Assembly: GCA_963796325.1 (NCBI GenBank)
Contig: CAWCLF010000001.1
Span: 1,461,800 to 1,525,799 of the forward strand
Source: an uncultured Spirochaetota bacterium
GTDB taxonomy: Bacteria; Spirochaetota; Brevinematia; Brevinematales; JAOACQ01
Direction of reading: 5' to 3'
DNA length: 64,000 nucleotides
This document shows, one piece after another, positions 32,184 through 43,210 of the stretch; the stretch's first letter is position 1; every line of letters begins with the position of its first letter. The notes beneath the pieces are model-generated. The model saw nothing but the letters and a program-made list of their open reading frames with translations, had not been told where the DNA came from and did no database searches. The position numbers and the translations under genes were made by a program.

Positions 32184-32867
32184 ATGGGTATAATATCTCG
32201 GATCAATATCAGAAATGAATTGACAGGTGATCGGTCTAGAATAAGCGTATATACCAGCGGTTATCTGGAGAATGACACGATTATTGGGATCGCGGAAACA
32301 GTTCTTACTGAGCAGATATCCGGAAAGGAATTTCCCCAGCGCTACCTTTTTACAAAAGACGATGAAGACTATAAGGGCTTTAATATCGATTTTATGATAA
32401 TAGTCAGAAAATCAATCTCGGAATTGAGAGAGGAATTGATCGGGGAAAATATTCGGGATGTTCTTTCAAATATTTCAGATGCATTATTTGAATCTACCAT
32501 AGCAACCATTGACATTCATGATCAGGCTTACAATGACCTGAACAAAAATATTGTTGAATATTCAAGTGATGAATTATGGGTGGCATACGCCAAAACTAGG
32601 TTGAAATTCGGCAATGTCGAATTGGCCCGGTTATTAAATCACCAGGAAAAGCCTGAGTTTATCCAGTGGAAAAAGGAGTTTAACAAAACCATTGATACCA
32701 TTGATGCTCCGGGAATCCCGCATTTAATATTTAAAGCGAACGATATAAATTTTATCACATTACCCGAGGATCCTCGCCAGCGCCATGATCAGGAGATCTC
32801 CCGGTCAGCTCCATGGCCAGCTCTGGAGATTGACAGGCCAGGACCCGGACAAGGGTCAAAAAAATAG
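32184..32867 (+). CDS. Hypothetical protein (227 aa)
   Basis: RBS AAGGAG; clean ORF, no motif recognised. Confidence 0.65.
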   Translation: MGIISRINIRNELTGDRSRISVYTSGYLENDTIIGIAETVLTEQISGKEFPQRYLFTKDDEDYKGFNIDFMIIVRKSISELREELIGENIRDVLSNISDALFESTIATIDIHDQAYNDLNKNIVEYSSDELWVAYAKTRLKFGNVELARLLNHQEKPEFIQWKKEFNKTIDTIDAPGIPHLIFKANDINFITLPEDPRQRHDQEISRSAPWPALEIDRPGPGQGSKK

Positions 32868-33039
32868 ACCTGCCCCATAAAAACGGGCAATATAGAACCT
32901 TAATACAAGGCGGGTTTAGGAATTATATGAATGACACATTGAGGAAGGCCTCACGTTGACCAGGGCGAGACATTTTTTTAATAAAAACACTTGATTGGGG
33001 CTGGACACAGCAGATTTAACATTTAAAAGGGGTATCATT

Positions 33040-33231
33040 ATGCCGATCAACCTTCCGGATTACGCCGACAGCGGCGATGAAAGAAAACTGGAAGCGGATT
33101 ACAAAGCTTTACGTAAAACAGTTCTCAAGGACATCGACCCGGCGGCCCTTGACAAGCTGCTTATGAAGAAAATAATCCCCGCCCTCAGGGACGCCCTGGA
33201 GAAAAGAAGATCTGAATTAAATCTGTCCTGA
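33040..33231 (+). CDS. Small hypothetical protein (63 aa)
   Basis: RBS AAAGGGG before ATG 33040. Confidence 0.5.
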   Translation: MPINLPDYADSGDERKLEADYKALRKTVLKDIDPAALDKLLMKKIIPALRDALEKRRSELNLS

Positions 33232-33413
33232 TACCCGGAAAAACCGCCGTTTTAGCCCACTACAGACCGGGAAATATGTTGGTGTGATATAAAATAGTTA
33301 TGAAATGGGAAAATATGGGGTTTATAGAGGGCAAAATAAAGGGCAGTAACATTATTTTTATTGACTATTTTTCTGATATTATTAGTATGAATAATATTGG
33401 AGGTTTTATATAA

Positions 33414-34190
33414 ATGAAAAGATTATTAATCTTTATTATTCTCTCAATTTATGCCTGCACCATTCTCAATTCGTGTTCATCATATTCAGATTCACGGAAA
33501 AAGTTACTAAAAGCTTCGATAAACGGTGATATTTCATTCATCAAAAGTTACAAAGGGGATTTGAATCAGCCTTTGGATAAGGAAGGTCATACAGCTTTAA
33601 TGCAGGCAATTCAATTCGGACAATTTTCAGTAATCGACGCTTTGTTAGAAGCTAAGGCTGATGTTAATTTGGTAACTAAAAAAGGCTCTACGGCTTTGAT
33701 TCTGGCTTCACTAAGAATTGATGAATCCAATGTAGTTAAAGAATTGATAGATGCGGGGGCTAATGTCAAAGCGCATAATCAAAGCGGCTTGACGGCTTTG
33801 ATGAATGTGGCATATGGCGGTGATACAAATATTGCCAAAGAATTGATAATGTCGGGGGCTGATGTCAACGCTGTGGATCAAGGGGGTTACACACCTTTAA
33901 TTTATTCATCTCGCAATGGGAAAACCGATATGATGAATGAGTTAATCATGGCAAAAGCTGATGTAAATGCTCAAGATGAAGACGGCTGGACAGCTCTAAT
34001 GTGGATTGTACATTGCTCAACAAATAGCCCAAAATTCAAATTGGAGCTGTTATCTGCGGTTAAAACATTAATTAAAGCGAAAGCGGATGTCAATTTAGCC
34101 GGGAAAAAGGGTGAAACGGCTTTATCGTTAGCTGTTAAAGCCGGAAATACGGATGTTGTCAATCTATTGAAAAAAAATGGCGCAAAATAG
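33414..34190 (+). CDS. Ankyrin-repeat lipoprotein
   Basis: Lipobox LNSC; about 6 ANK repeats (GxTALM...ADVN). Confidence 0.88.
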   Translation: MKRLLIFIILSIYACTILNSCSSYSDSRKKLLKASINGDISFIKSYKGDLNQPLDKEGHTALMQAIQFGQFSVIDALLEAKADVNLVTKKGSTALILASLRIDESNVVKELIDAGANVKAHNQSGLTALMNVAYGGDTNIAKELIMSGADVNAVDQGGYTPLIYSSRNGKTDMMNELIMAKADVNAQDEDGWTALMWIVHCSTNSPKFKLELLSAVKTLIKAKADVNLAGKKGETALSLAVKAGNTDVVNLLKKNGAK

Positions 34191-34232
34191 ATATTTACTA
34201 GACTAGTAATATCTCAACTAATTACCACATTT

Positions 34233-36468
34233 CTATGGTGTTACAAAGATTGAGAATGCCCATCCGTTTAATGTCAATTTTGTTTCATTAGTCCCTGCCC
34301 AGTAGCATGCATTCCCGTAGTTATCATATCCGGCAGTAAATACTGTGTTATTATTTACAGAGATTGAATTTGCGATTTCCCCTGTTGTCAATTTTGTTTC
34401 ATTGGTCCCTGTCCAATAGCAAGCATTTGTGCCAGTGTCTAGTCCGGCCGTATAGATTGTGTCATTTGTCACAAAAATTGAGTATGCCACGCCATTTGAG
34501 GTCAATTTTGTTTCATTGGTCCCTGCCCAGTAACATGCGTTTGTATTGGCGTCTTGTCCGGCGGTATAAACTTTCCCATTATACACATAGATTGCGGTTG
34601 CCCCTCCACCTTTGTTTCCTGACAACGCTGTCTCGTTAGTCCCTGTCCAGTAACAAGGAATATGACCATTATCATACCCAGAAGAGTAGATTATATTGTT
34701 TAGAGAAAGTGATGAAGAACTAGATGAAGATGATGGCTTAGATGAAGATGATGACGAACTAGTGCTAGATGGAGGGGATGAATTCGAACCTGGTGAAGAG
34801 GAACAAGCCCCGTGTGTTAGGATAGTTGTCGCCTAAAATATTAGGAGACAAAAAATGAAAAGTCAATTTCATTCAGAAGAATTCAGGAGAACTATCGTTC
34901 AAAAGATGTGTATTCCCGGCGGGAAAACAGTAACAGAATTAAGTCAGGAAATAGGAGTGAGTGATCAGACCCTTTACAATTGGAGGAAAATGATCCAGAA
35001 TAATGTATCCAGAGGATACCAGGAGAGAAGTCCGAGAGGTTGGAAACTATCTGAAAAGTATCAGGCGGTGATAGATTCAGCCAATCAATCGGGAGAAGAG
35101 TTGGGACAGTGGCTAAGGAAAAACGGACTTCAGACAACGCATATCGAGCTCTGGAAACAGGAGTGTAAATCAGTGTTATCTAATAATGAAGCCAGGGATG
35201 AAATCAAGCAATTGAAAATAAAAATAGCCGAGTTAGAAAAGGAAATTAATCGTAAGGATAAAACTATAGCCGAGGTTACTTCTCTGCTGGTGCTTAAAAA
35301 AAAACTGAACAAGCTATTCGGCAAAGAGGAAGATTAACTCCCATGGATATAAGGATAAATATCTGTGATTTGATAAATGAGGCAGTTATGACAGGGGCAA
35401 GCAGGGATAAGGCTTGTGAAGAATCAGGTTATGACATCAGGACCATTCAGCGCTGGGATAAAAATCTTGAAGGAGATAGGAGAAAAATACGGGAATATAA
35501 ACCCAGGAATGCCCTGTCAGCAGAAGAAAGAGAGGAAATCATCTCCTGTTGCTGCTCTGAGAGGTTCATAGATATGACCCCGAATGAAATAGTACCATTA
35601 CTGGCCGAGGAAGGGGTCTATAAAGGATCAGAATCGACTTTTTATCGTGTCTTGAAGGAAAAAAATATGCTTCACCATAGATATGAAACGAAGCCGAAAA
35701 CGGCGAGAAAAACCCCAAGAGAGTTGGAAGCGACAGGGCCCAACCAGGTATGGAGCTGGGATATTACCTATATATCCAGTCATATCAAGGGTAAGTACTT
35801 CTATCTCTATCTGTTTGAGGATGTCTGGAGCCGTAAGATAGTCGGCTGGAAAATGCACGAGGAGGAAAGCTCCGATCATGCCGCCAGGATTATGGCCGAG
35901 ATCGGAGAAACAATTGATTTAAAGGGCTTGTATCTACATTCAGATAACGGTTCTCCTATGAAAGGAGCAACGATGTTATCGACCTTGCAGAGGCTACAGG
36001 TTATGCCATCGTTTTCAAGGCCGAGCGTAAGTAACGATAACCCTTACTCAGAATCATTGTTTAAGACTTTAAAGTATAATGTAAAATACCCTGGCCGTTT
36101 CGAGACAATAGAAGCGGCGGAAATATGGATGCAGAATTTCGTAGACTGGTATAACAATAAGCATCTTCATTCAGGGATTGGATATGTGACCCCTGCACAG
36201 AGACATGACGGTAAAGATAAGGCAATACTCCTGATGAGAGCGAAAACTTATGATGCGGCAAAAAGCAGGCATCCTGAAAGATGGTCAGGAGAATCTAAAA
36301 AATGGGAAAGGATAGAATCGGTATTTTTAAACCCGAGTAAGACTAACAAGGAATCGTTGATTGCGGCGTAAAATAAAAGCGACAACTCCCTTGACAAAAA
36401 CCGCAAGCTGATATAAAATAAATGCTCAAAATAACAAACATGATTAAAATAATAAAATTCTTTTTCAT
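34233..36468 (-). pseudogene. Ser-linker lipoprotein with 38-aa beta-propeller-like repeats, split at the lipobox by IS3 copy 3
   Basis: ATG 36468 gives MKKNFIILIMFVILSIYFISA-C; the IS sits inside the Cys codon. The frame continues SSSPGS...; repeats recur with a 114-nt period (34273, 34387, 34501). Confidence 0.85.
34808..36403 (+). mobile_element. IS3-family element C, copy 3 (1596 bp)
   Basis: TSD CAAG (34804-34807, 36404-36407); ORFs 34855-35337 and 35343-36371 are identical in translation to copy 1. Confidence 0.95.
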
Positions 36469-36500
36469 AATCCCTTCTTAATTTATATAATCAAATGTTT

Positions 36501-36780
36501 TTATTTATGTATTATATTCAATGCGGGTGTCTCCTCTTCCATACCATTAAATGTAAATACTTGACTTTTTGTACCATTGCTATTGTCTGTAACATACCAG
36601 AAATACGTACCAGTTTCTTCGGCATCAAATCTATAACTATAACTGGTGCTTGAACAATTAAAAGATTGTGTGCTTTGATCAGGTAAGATTAAGTTAAAAG
36701 TATAGCTTGTTGATCCAGTCGTCGTCGTCCAAGTAAATATTTGCGTGCCAGGGGCATAAGCGAATCCCGCACCTATCTTG
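36501..36780 (-). pseudogene. 3' fragment of a secreted protein gene truncated at the attC-like element
   Basis: VYTKIGAGFAY...GTYFWYVTD... looks like a real beta-rich C-terminus; the upstream part of the listed ORF runs through the GC-rich hairpin. Confidence 0.45.
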
Positions 36781-36970
36781 GTATAAACGGTTTCGTGGCG
36801 GTATGACGAACGGGTTTGGTGCGCCAGGGACATTTGCCGCCCCGCCAGGGGTTGGCGCGACTTTTGCATCCCGCAACAAAGTCGTGACAAAGGCAATGTC
36901 CCGTCAGGGCGCACCCGAGGAGCGCAGCCGCAGTCAGTGCGAGCACCGCAGCGTATAGCCGTTGTTAAAC
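36781..36970 (+). repeat. Long attC-like site 1
   Basis: Nested stems GGTGCGCC/GGCGCACC (36818/36908), GGGACATT/AATGTCCC, CGACTTT/AAAGTCG; ends in the GTTRRRY core GTTAAAC (36964-36970). Confidence 0.65.
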
Positions 36971-37054
36971 GCTGGCCCAGTCGAACATCGGCACAAAAAG
37001 TAAAGCCACGGATGGCGATGGAATACTCAAAAGTTTTTATTTAATTTCTAAATT

Positions 37055-37789
37055 TCAAACTTTTGCAAAGAAGTCAGAACCTATTTTCCCATCCGAATAA
37101 TTATAGACCAAATGAGGTCTACGATGTTTGTCAATGCAATTACCAATGTCTGAAACATTTTTATGATTGTTCTTTGTTTCAAATAGATTTTTCTTGGCCT
37201 CATCTGAAAGAAGTACAACATTTTTATTGCCAAAATCAGCAATTCTACAGACTTTGATAACTTCACTTCCAAAGATATCCTTGGAAGCCCCCAAACCCCA
37301 ATACGAAAAAAACGTGCCGAATGAAATCCCTATTCTATACTGCATGTAGTCAAGATGCGAAAGATAATTAATAACTAGTCTGGTGCAGAAGTCTATTGCA
37401 ACATCAACGTTATTAGATTTAAAAGCAGCTATAAAACCATCACCGGTTCCTTTAAACAATATTTCATATTTAACTTTTTTTATTATTTCTTTACAAGCCA
37501 CATCTAACATAGATTGAATATTAAATTGAACAGCATCTTCATTTTCAGAGAAATCTTTACAATCAAAACATAAAATACTTGAGTTTGTATATTTTTCGGG
37601 CTTTTCTAATAGATAAATAATGTTGTTTTTCTCAATACTTCTTGAATGGCCGTGCGGACACATACTTATGTTATTTGCCAAATATGATGTTAAATAGGCA
37701 GTTAAGTTATCAAAAACTATGCAGTTTTCAGGGAAAAAGTCATTACAGTCAGAGCAGTAAAAATATTGTGATATATGAAGTTCTCTCAT
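37055..37789 (-). CDS. Class III nucleotide cyclase-like protein with N-terminal Cys/His cluster
   Basis: LCFDCKDFS, KGTGDGF, RIGISFG, DIFGSEVIKVCRI; N-terminal CSDC...CPHGH. Confidence 0.7.
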   Translation of the reverse strand: MRELHISQYFYCSDCNDFFPENCIVFDNLTAYLTSYLANNISMCPHGHSRSIEKNNIIYLLEKPEKYTNSSILCFDCKDFSENEDAVQFNIQSMLDVACKEIIKKVKYEILFKGTGDGFIAAFKSNNVDVAIDFCTRLVINYLSHLDYMQYRIGISFGTFFSYWGLGASKDIFGSEVIKVCRIADFGNKNVVLLSDEAKKNLFETKNNHKNVSDIGNCIDKHRRPHLVYNYSDGKIGSDFFAKV

Positions 37790-37988
37790 AATTATCTCCC
37801 TTTCAAGTTAAATTCCGGCACGAATGCCGGAAATATTCTTATACATAAGGCTTCGACCCGGGGCTTGCGTTTAACTATATATATGCGAACTGGTTCGTGA
37901 AATCATCCAATTATGGCATGATATACGAACTATTTTCTCAATTTCCCAATATAACATTCCAATACTATTTTAAACCATACCAGTGGTT

Positions 37989-38100
37989 TCATCCAGGATT
38001 CTTAGATAATATTTTCCTCATCGAATCCACTACCTTCAAATCTATGCTGTTTGCACTATGAACTATCCGGTCACATATTGACCCGCCCCCCAAAATTTGG
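37989..38100 (-). pseudogene. IstB-like (IS21 helper) C-terminal fragment
   Basis: DRIVHSANSIDLK..DSMRK resembles the IstB C-terminus DRLVHNAHRIELKGESMRK. Confidence 0.5.
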
Positions 38101-38439
38101 TCCAACTTATATGTTAGTATATAATTGGCAATTTCTCGGATACCGGTCAAAGCTTCAGCTAAAACGAGAACACCCAAAGCACTTAAGAGAGCTCCTATTA
38201 AGGGGGAATTGTCCAATTAAATCCACTGAATACGGATATGTTTAAGAACAATTGGGCAAAACCGGAGTCAGTTAACAAAACAGGAGAATAAAATGAAAGA
38301 AGATAAATTTCTTGATTTTGGGGTTCCCACAGAATTCGGGAAATTTAGCACGTTAAGGTAAGGTTTATCCAGGACCTTCAGATTCCTCACAAAAGCAAAA
38401 TAAATATATTTAAATGCGATTTGCCGAGCTTTTTGTACC

Positions 38440-39882
38440 GCTCCTCCGGCCTATGCTTCACAAGGCGAGTGCCGAGGAACGGATAACGTATAATATTTTT
38501 CGCACATTTGAAAAATGTATAAAAAAAAGTCCTCAATCTGACGATATTTGGATCGACCAAAACCACAAATATCGGGGAAGGAGGACTTAGTCAATGACCG
38601 GTAATATTATCGAAATCAATGAGGAAAAAGTCAAAGATCATTTAGGAAAATTTGTCAGGGAAACAGTTAAAGAAACATTGAATGCGATGCTAGATTCCGA
38701 AGCGGATCAGCTTTGCCGGGCTCAAAAGTATGAGCGTACAGCGCAGAGAATGGACAAAAGAGCCAGGTATTACGAAAGAAAGCTGGATACAAAGGCCGGC
38801 AGGGTCAATTTAAGAGTTCCTAAACTGAGGAAATTACCTTTTGAAACTGCGATCATCGAAAGGAATAAAAGGCGGGAAAGTTCGGTTGAAGAAGCTCTGG
38901 TTGAAATGTATATAGCAGGTGTTTCTGTGAGACGGGTTGAAGACATTACAGAAGTATTATGGGGAACGAGGGTATCTCCCGGAACTATCAGCAATCTAAA
39001 CCAGAAGATATTCGAGAGTATTAAAAAATGGCGGAATGAATTCCTCAAGGAACATTATTCTTATGTATATATGGATGGGATCTGGCTTAAACGCAGTTGG
39101 GGCGGAGAGGTTAAAAACGTATCGGTTTTGGTTGCTATAGCGGTCAATGAAGAAGGGTTCAGGGAAATAATAGGGGTTGCCGAAGGAGCGAAAGAAGATA
39201 AAAACAGCTGGAGAAACTTCCTGAAATACCTGAAAGAACTAGGTTTAAATAAGATCGATTTAATCGTTTCGGATAAGTCGTTAGGCCTAGTTGAAACCAT
39301 CCCGGATTTTTACCCGGATGCTAAATGGCAGCGTTGTGTAGTACATTTTTATCGTAATGTTTTCAGCCTTGTTCCAAACGGTAAGGTTAAAGAAGTTGCA
39401 ACGATGCTGAAAGCTATCCATGCCCAGGAAGATATTGAGGAAGCCCGGAGAAAGAAAAGTATGGTTGTTTCAAAGCTGAAAGAAATGAAATTATCGAAAG
39501 CATCTGAGCTTGTTGATTCGGGAACCGATGAAACCTTATCTAATTATTACTTTCCTGTCGAACACTGGAAAAGGATCAGGACCAATAATGGGCTTGAAAG
39601 AATAATGAAGGAGATCAGGAGAAGGACCAGGGTAGTCGGCGCTTTCCCGGATGGGGAATCGGCCCTGATGTTGGTAGCGGCCAGGCTCCGTCATATCGCC
39701 GGGTCAGTCTAGAGTGAGAAAAAATATTTGAACATGGATTTACTTAATGGTATTGATATGATTGATTTGGTGTCATGATCCAGGGTCAGATTGAGGAATG
39801 TGCGAAAGATTCTTGACACTACCGAGGAACGCAGGCGTAGCAAAGCGTTGCCGCGTACCGCAGCGCATGTACGCTGTTAGCG
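38440..39882 (+). repeat. attC-like site 2, interrupted by IS256
   Basis: The rebuilt empty site CCGAGGAACGCAGGCGTAG...TACCGCAGCGCATGTACGCTGTTAGCG aligns with CCGAGGAGCGCAGCCGCAG...CACCGCAGCGTATAGCCGTTGTTA of site 1; core GTTAGCG at 39876. Confidence 0.6.
38482..39823 (+). mobile_element. IS256-family element (1342 bp), transposase with premature stop
   Basis: 8-bp TSD GAGGAACG (38474-38481, 39824-39831); IRs share TTTCGCACA. ORF 38594-39712 (YMDGIW, WQRCVVHF, RTNNGLER) ends in TAG where Trp is expected. Confidence 0.9.
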
Positions 39883-40027
39883 GAAGTCGCCCCAAAAATA
39901 TTAATATTTTAAAATATGCCTATAAAGATTACTCCGCAATATTAGAACAAGTTAAATATACATCGCTAAGTCCCCTGGGCCGACATCAGGAAAAGGCCCA
40001 ACGAATTTCCACATGTTTATAAGAAGG

Positions 40028-40167
40028 ACATAAAAATACACCTTCCGGTATTTCCGGTTGCCCGCTATGGGGACTGGTACCAACAGGAAGGTGCAACTCA
40101 TTATTCGCGACATTCTGCCGCTAGAAGCCGGCTGGTTCTGCAGTTGCTCAGGTGCAATCTACAGGGC
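40028..40167 (-). repeat. Structured 3' element shared with the first CLec gene (copy 2, lacks the stop-proximal hairpin)
   Basis: Reverse complement TGCACCTGAGCAACTGCAGAACC...GAGTTGCACCTTCC...CCGGAAGGTGTATTTTTAT matches 31874-32002. Confidence 0.75.
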
Positions 40168-41148
40168 TCAGGGGCGCACAACCCGGAAACCGACGTCGCT
40201 GTACCCGTCGTACGGGATGTCGTAATCGCGATAGGCAACCGTCGCGCAGGACTGATCGTAGCCCCAACTGCCGCCGCGCACGACGCGGCCCGCGCCCGAA
40301 GCCGCTCCGTTATAGGTCGGATCAGTCAGCGCTCCTCCGGGATAAGACCCATACCAGTCCCAGCACCACTGCCAGACATTCCCGCTCATGTCGCACAGGC
40401 CCAGCTCGTTGGGAAGTAATAAGCCTACAGCTTCGGTTGAACTTGGTGTTGGGGTGCTATTACCGGTATAGGCATAACTGTTAATATTAAATTGAGCTCC
40501 TCCCGCTTCCGTACTGCCCGCGTAGCCCTTTGTGTAGCCGCCAGTATTGACACCACTAACAATATCGCCGCTCAGGACGTCGCTTGTCGCCCCCATAGCC
40601 GCCCACATATATTCCATCTCCGTAGGCAGGCGGTATCCGGAAGCTGAAAAATTGCATACTACCGTATCCCATGTCGTGTTATCTGACGTAGGTATCGCGC
40701 CCCAGGCGGATGGAGAAGTACTGCCGCTGATAGTGTACACCGGAGTCAGCCCTTCCTTGATGCTCAGATCGTTGCAGAATACTATCGCAGCATACCAGCT
40801 TACTGTTTCAACCGGGTGATTGGCCTCTGAAGAAGTACTCGGGTCAGTAATCCCGGTTACATTCTGAAATTCTGTGCCGGTGATGTCGTATTTGCTCATA
40901 TGAAAGGCTGAAGATATAGTACAAACATTGACTGAACCGGATTCATACTGAAAGGAACCCGCGGGAACAAGTATCATTGCGGATACGTAATCCGGTGAAG
41001 AAGAACTGGAACTGGAGCTTGAACTGGAGCTTGAACTGGAGCTTGAGCCGCCTCCGCCGCCACCCGACGATCCAGGTGAATTGGAACAAGCCGCGATCAC
41101 AAAAGCAAAAGTGATAAAGATACCGTAAAAACAAATGTTTCTTTTCAT
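40168..41148 (-). CDS. Lipoprotein with Gly/Ser linker and FGE-sulfatase/CLec domain (candidate DGR target)
   Basis: Lipobox IAAC; paralog of 30638-31837 without the B-repeat; RVVRGGSW...VGFRVVRP. Confidence 0.88.
   Translation of the reverse strand: MKRNICFYGIFITFAFVIAACSNSPGSSGGGGGGSSSSSSSSSSSSSSSSSPDYVSAMILVPAGSFQYESGSVNVCTISSAFHMSKYDITGTEFQNVTGITDPSTSSEANHPVETVSWYAAIVFCNDLSIKEGLTPVYTISGSTSPSAWGAIPTSDNTTWDTVVCNFSASGYRLPTEMEYMWAAMGATSDVLSGDIVSGVNTGGYTKGYAGSTEAGGAQFNINSYAYTGNSTPTPSSTEAVGLLLPNELGLCDMSGNVWQWCWDWYGSYPGGALTDPTYNGAASGAGRVVRGGSWGYDQSCATVAYRDYDIPYDGYSDVGFRVVRP
41009..41044. repeat. 12-bp tandem repeat x3 encoding the poly-Ser linker
   Basis: GAACTGGAGCTT at 41009, 41021, 41033. 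Confidence 0.9.
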
Positions 41149-41253
41149 ATTTATCCCCCATTATGTTTTTATAATCATTATTAACTGACTTTCACCGCCG
41201 GAAACATTTTATTGAGTTTGATAATAATATACATATAAATTGTTTTAAACATC

Positions 41254-41880
41254 TTATCCAACCAGATCTTTATATGTTATAGAATTAGAATTTAAGCAAG
41301 CTGTCACAAGCCTGTTAAAAAGCTGGCCTTCCCAAAATCTCCTGTTATAACGGTAGCAAAATTCATCGAGATATTTCTGCAAATGTTCGTTGCAAGCCCC
41401 GTGATATGTGCCTTTTATAAATGTCTTTGCATTAGAAATAACTATGTGAACCCATTTCATGGTATAATCGACCGTTGTATGATTATACCGATTGGCTGAA
41501 AGGCCGTTATAAGCCCTGAATCCGTCTGTTTTAATTATCGATTCTCCTTTAATATTATTTCTGATCTCATGCAGGATAGTATTTTCTTTCATGTTGTCTA
41601 CTATAGTCATTTTAGCAAATTCGGGTTTTCCTTCATCCGATGTGGATAATTGGACAAGAACTTTAGCTTTTCTTGTACCTCTGCCCCTTTTATTATCCTC
41701 ATCCTTACCACCGAAGAAAGCATCGTCAATCTCGATAATATTTCCAAGCTGGTATTGATCGTCTCTGTTTTTCATGGCTTCCCTGATCTTGTGAAGCATT
41801 AACCAAGCTGTTGGATATGAAACTTTAATATGCTTCTGTAATCTCAAAGCTGATACTCCGCCTTTATCCGCCGAGCAAAC
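41254..41880 (-). pseudogene. IS1595-family transposase, N-terminally truncated
   Basis: TAWLMLHKIR, IEIDDAFFGG, IKTDG, KGTYHG, YLDEFCYRYNRR. Confidence 0.85.
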
Positions 41881-42545
41881 ACTGCTTCTAAAGACAAATC
41901 CCGAAACTGGTCTATCCTTTCGAGTATTGCTTCAAACAGTTCCTTCGGAACAGTAACTTCAGCCATCTGAAAAACCATATAACACGCATGGCTTATTACC
42001 TTCGCCCCGATCTTGACAAGCTTATCACGGAGCGTTTTCAATGACAAATAGAACGAGGCAGAGCAACTTGCCGAAGGAAGTTCCCCAGATTATAGGAAAG
42101 AGCAAACAGCTGAAGCCTTACCTGATTGTCCACGAAATCATGACAGGACAGTCTTGTCCATTTGATCGCGTATTTTCCTTCCTTGATCCACTGCTCCGCT
42201 GTACCCCTCAAGTTGTAGAACCTAACGACCTTTTTCGGCAGCCATCGTAGGTTAGTTATGATGAATCCGACTCGAGGGAATAGCTCACCGCGATGCCACT
42301 CAACCTTCGCTATTACATGACGTCCCCGATCCCAACTTACAGCTTTGTAGAAAAAATCATGGTATAGGACAACGGGGGCAAAGGACGGTCATCCGACCGG
42401 GCGTTTCAGGAGATGTGCGATATTATTTTGAAGAATATCGTTGGCAGGAAGGCGAATGGCATAAAGGAAATCTTCCGATTCAAGGTATTCATAAATATCC
42501 GGATTCACGAAAGCGGCGTCGCCTCGGAAGAAGCGATCCAGATCC
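41880..42545 (-). pseudogene. IS1380-family transposase remnant (frameshifted fragments)
   Basis: FRGDAAF...[25 protein letters not shown] (42270-42305 reverse), TLRDKLVKIGAKV. Confidence 0.8.
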
Positions 42546-42594
42546 TGATTCATAACACACCGGCTCGGCAAGAGTGAAGTTCTAAGCTTCGCTA

Positions 42595-42619
42595 GTTTCA
42601 TATAGCCGCACCGTTAGGC
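42595..42619 (+). repeat. attC-like site 3 (3' half)
   Basis: ATAGCCGCACC-GTTAGGC; core at 42613-42619. Confidence 0.5.
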
Positions 42620-42672
42620 GAAACGCACGAAATTTTAGTTATACTATTCGCCATTCTGGCCGGGAAAGTGAT

Positions 42673-42701
42673 TTGACTTTATTAATTATCAAATATAAAC
42701 T
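42673..42701 (+). promoter_or_regulatory. Promoter of the TA pair
   Basis: TTGACT, 17-bp spacer, TAAACT. Confidence 0.6.
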
Positions 42702-42727
42702 AATATTATCTTAAGTAAGAGGATTTT

Positions 42728-42937
42728 ATGAATAAAACATTTGAAGAAGTGGTAGAAATAGTTCGGGATTTACCAGCTGATGAAAAAGAAGAAATAAAAC
42801 TAATCATTGAAAAATCCTTAATTGAAGAAAGAAGAGAAGAAATCCATAAAAACTATCTGAAAACTAAACAGGAAGAAAAAGAAAAAAAACTCCATTTCAC
42901 TAAAAACATAAACGAACTGAAAAAATCAATTGTATAA
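42728..42937 (+). CDS. Putative type II antitoxin (69 aa)
   Basis: Acidic small ORF 3 bp upstream of a RelE-like toxin. Confidence 0.75.
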   Translation: MNKTFEEVVEIVRDLPADEKEEIKLIIEKSLIEERREEIHKNYLKTKQEEKEKKLHFTKNINELKKSIV

Positions 42938-42940
42938 TCT

Positions 42941-43210
42941 ATGGAAATTTCATTCAGTTCTTCTTTTAAAAGAGCATTTGAAAAACAAATATCTGGAAGA
43001 AAGCAAATTGAAAAAGAGTTTTGGGATACATTAGAAATTTTCATACAAAATCCTTTCGATCACCGATTAAAAACTCATAAACTTCAAGGGAAACTGAAAG
43101 AACTTTGGAGTTTTTCCGTTGAATATGACTTAAGAATTGTCTTTTATTTTTCTGAAGATGATAAAAAAGCCATATTCGTTGATATCGGGAAACATGACGA
43201 AGTTTATTGA
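42941..43210 (+). CDS. RelE/YafQ-superfamily mRNA interferase toxin
   Basis: FSSSFKRAF...LKTHKLQGKLKELWSFSVEYDLRIVF...DIGKHDEVY. Confidence 0.88.
   Translation: MEISFSSSFKRAFEKQISGRKQIEKEFWDTLEIFIQNPFDHRLKTHKLQGKLKELWSFSVEYDLRIVFYFSEDDKKAIFVDIGKHDEVY

Noticed and set aside
30638-41148. Complete DGR cassette (RT, Avd, template repeat)
   Set aside because: No reverse transcriptase ORF and no third, AAC-rich copy of the variable region in the window.
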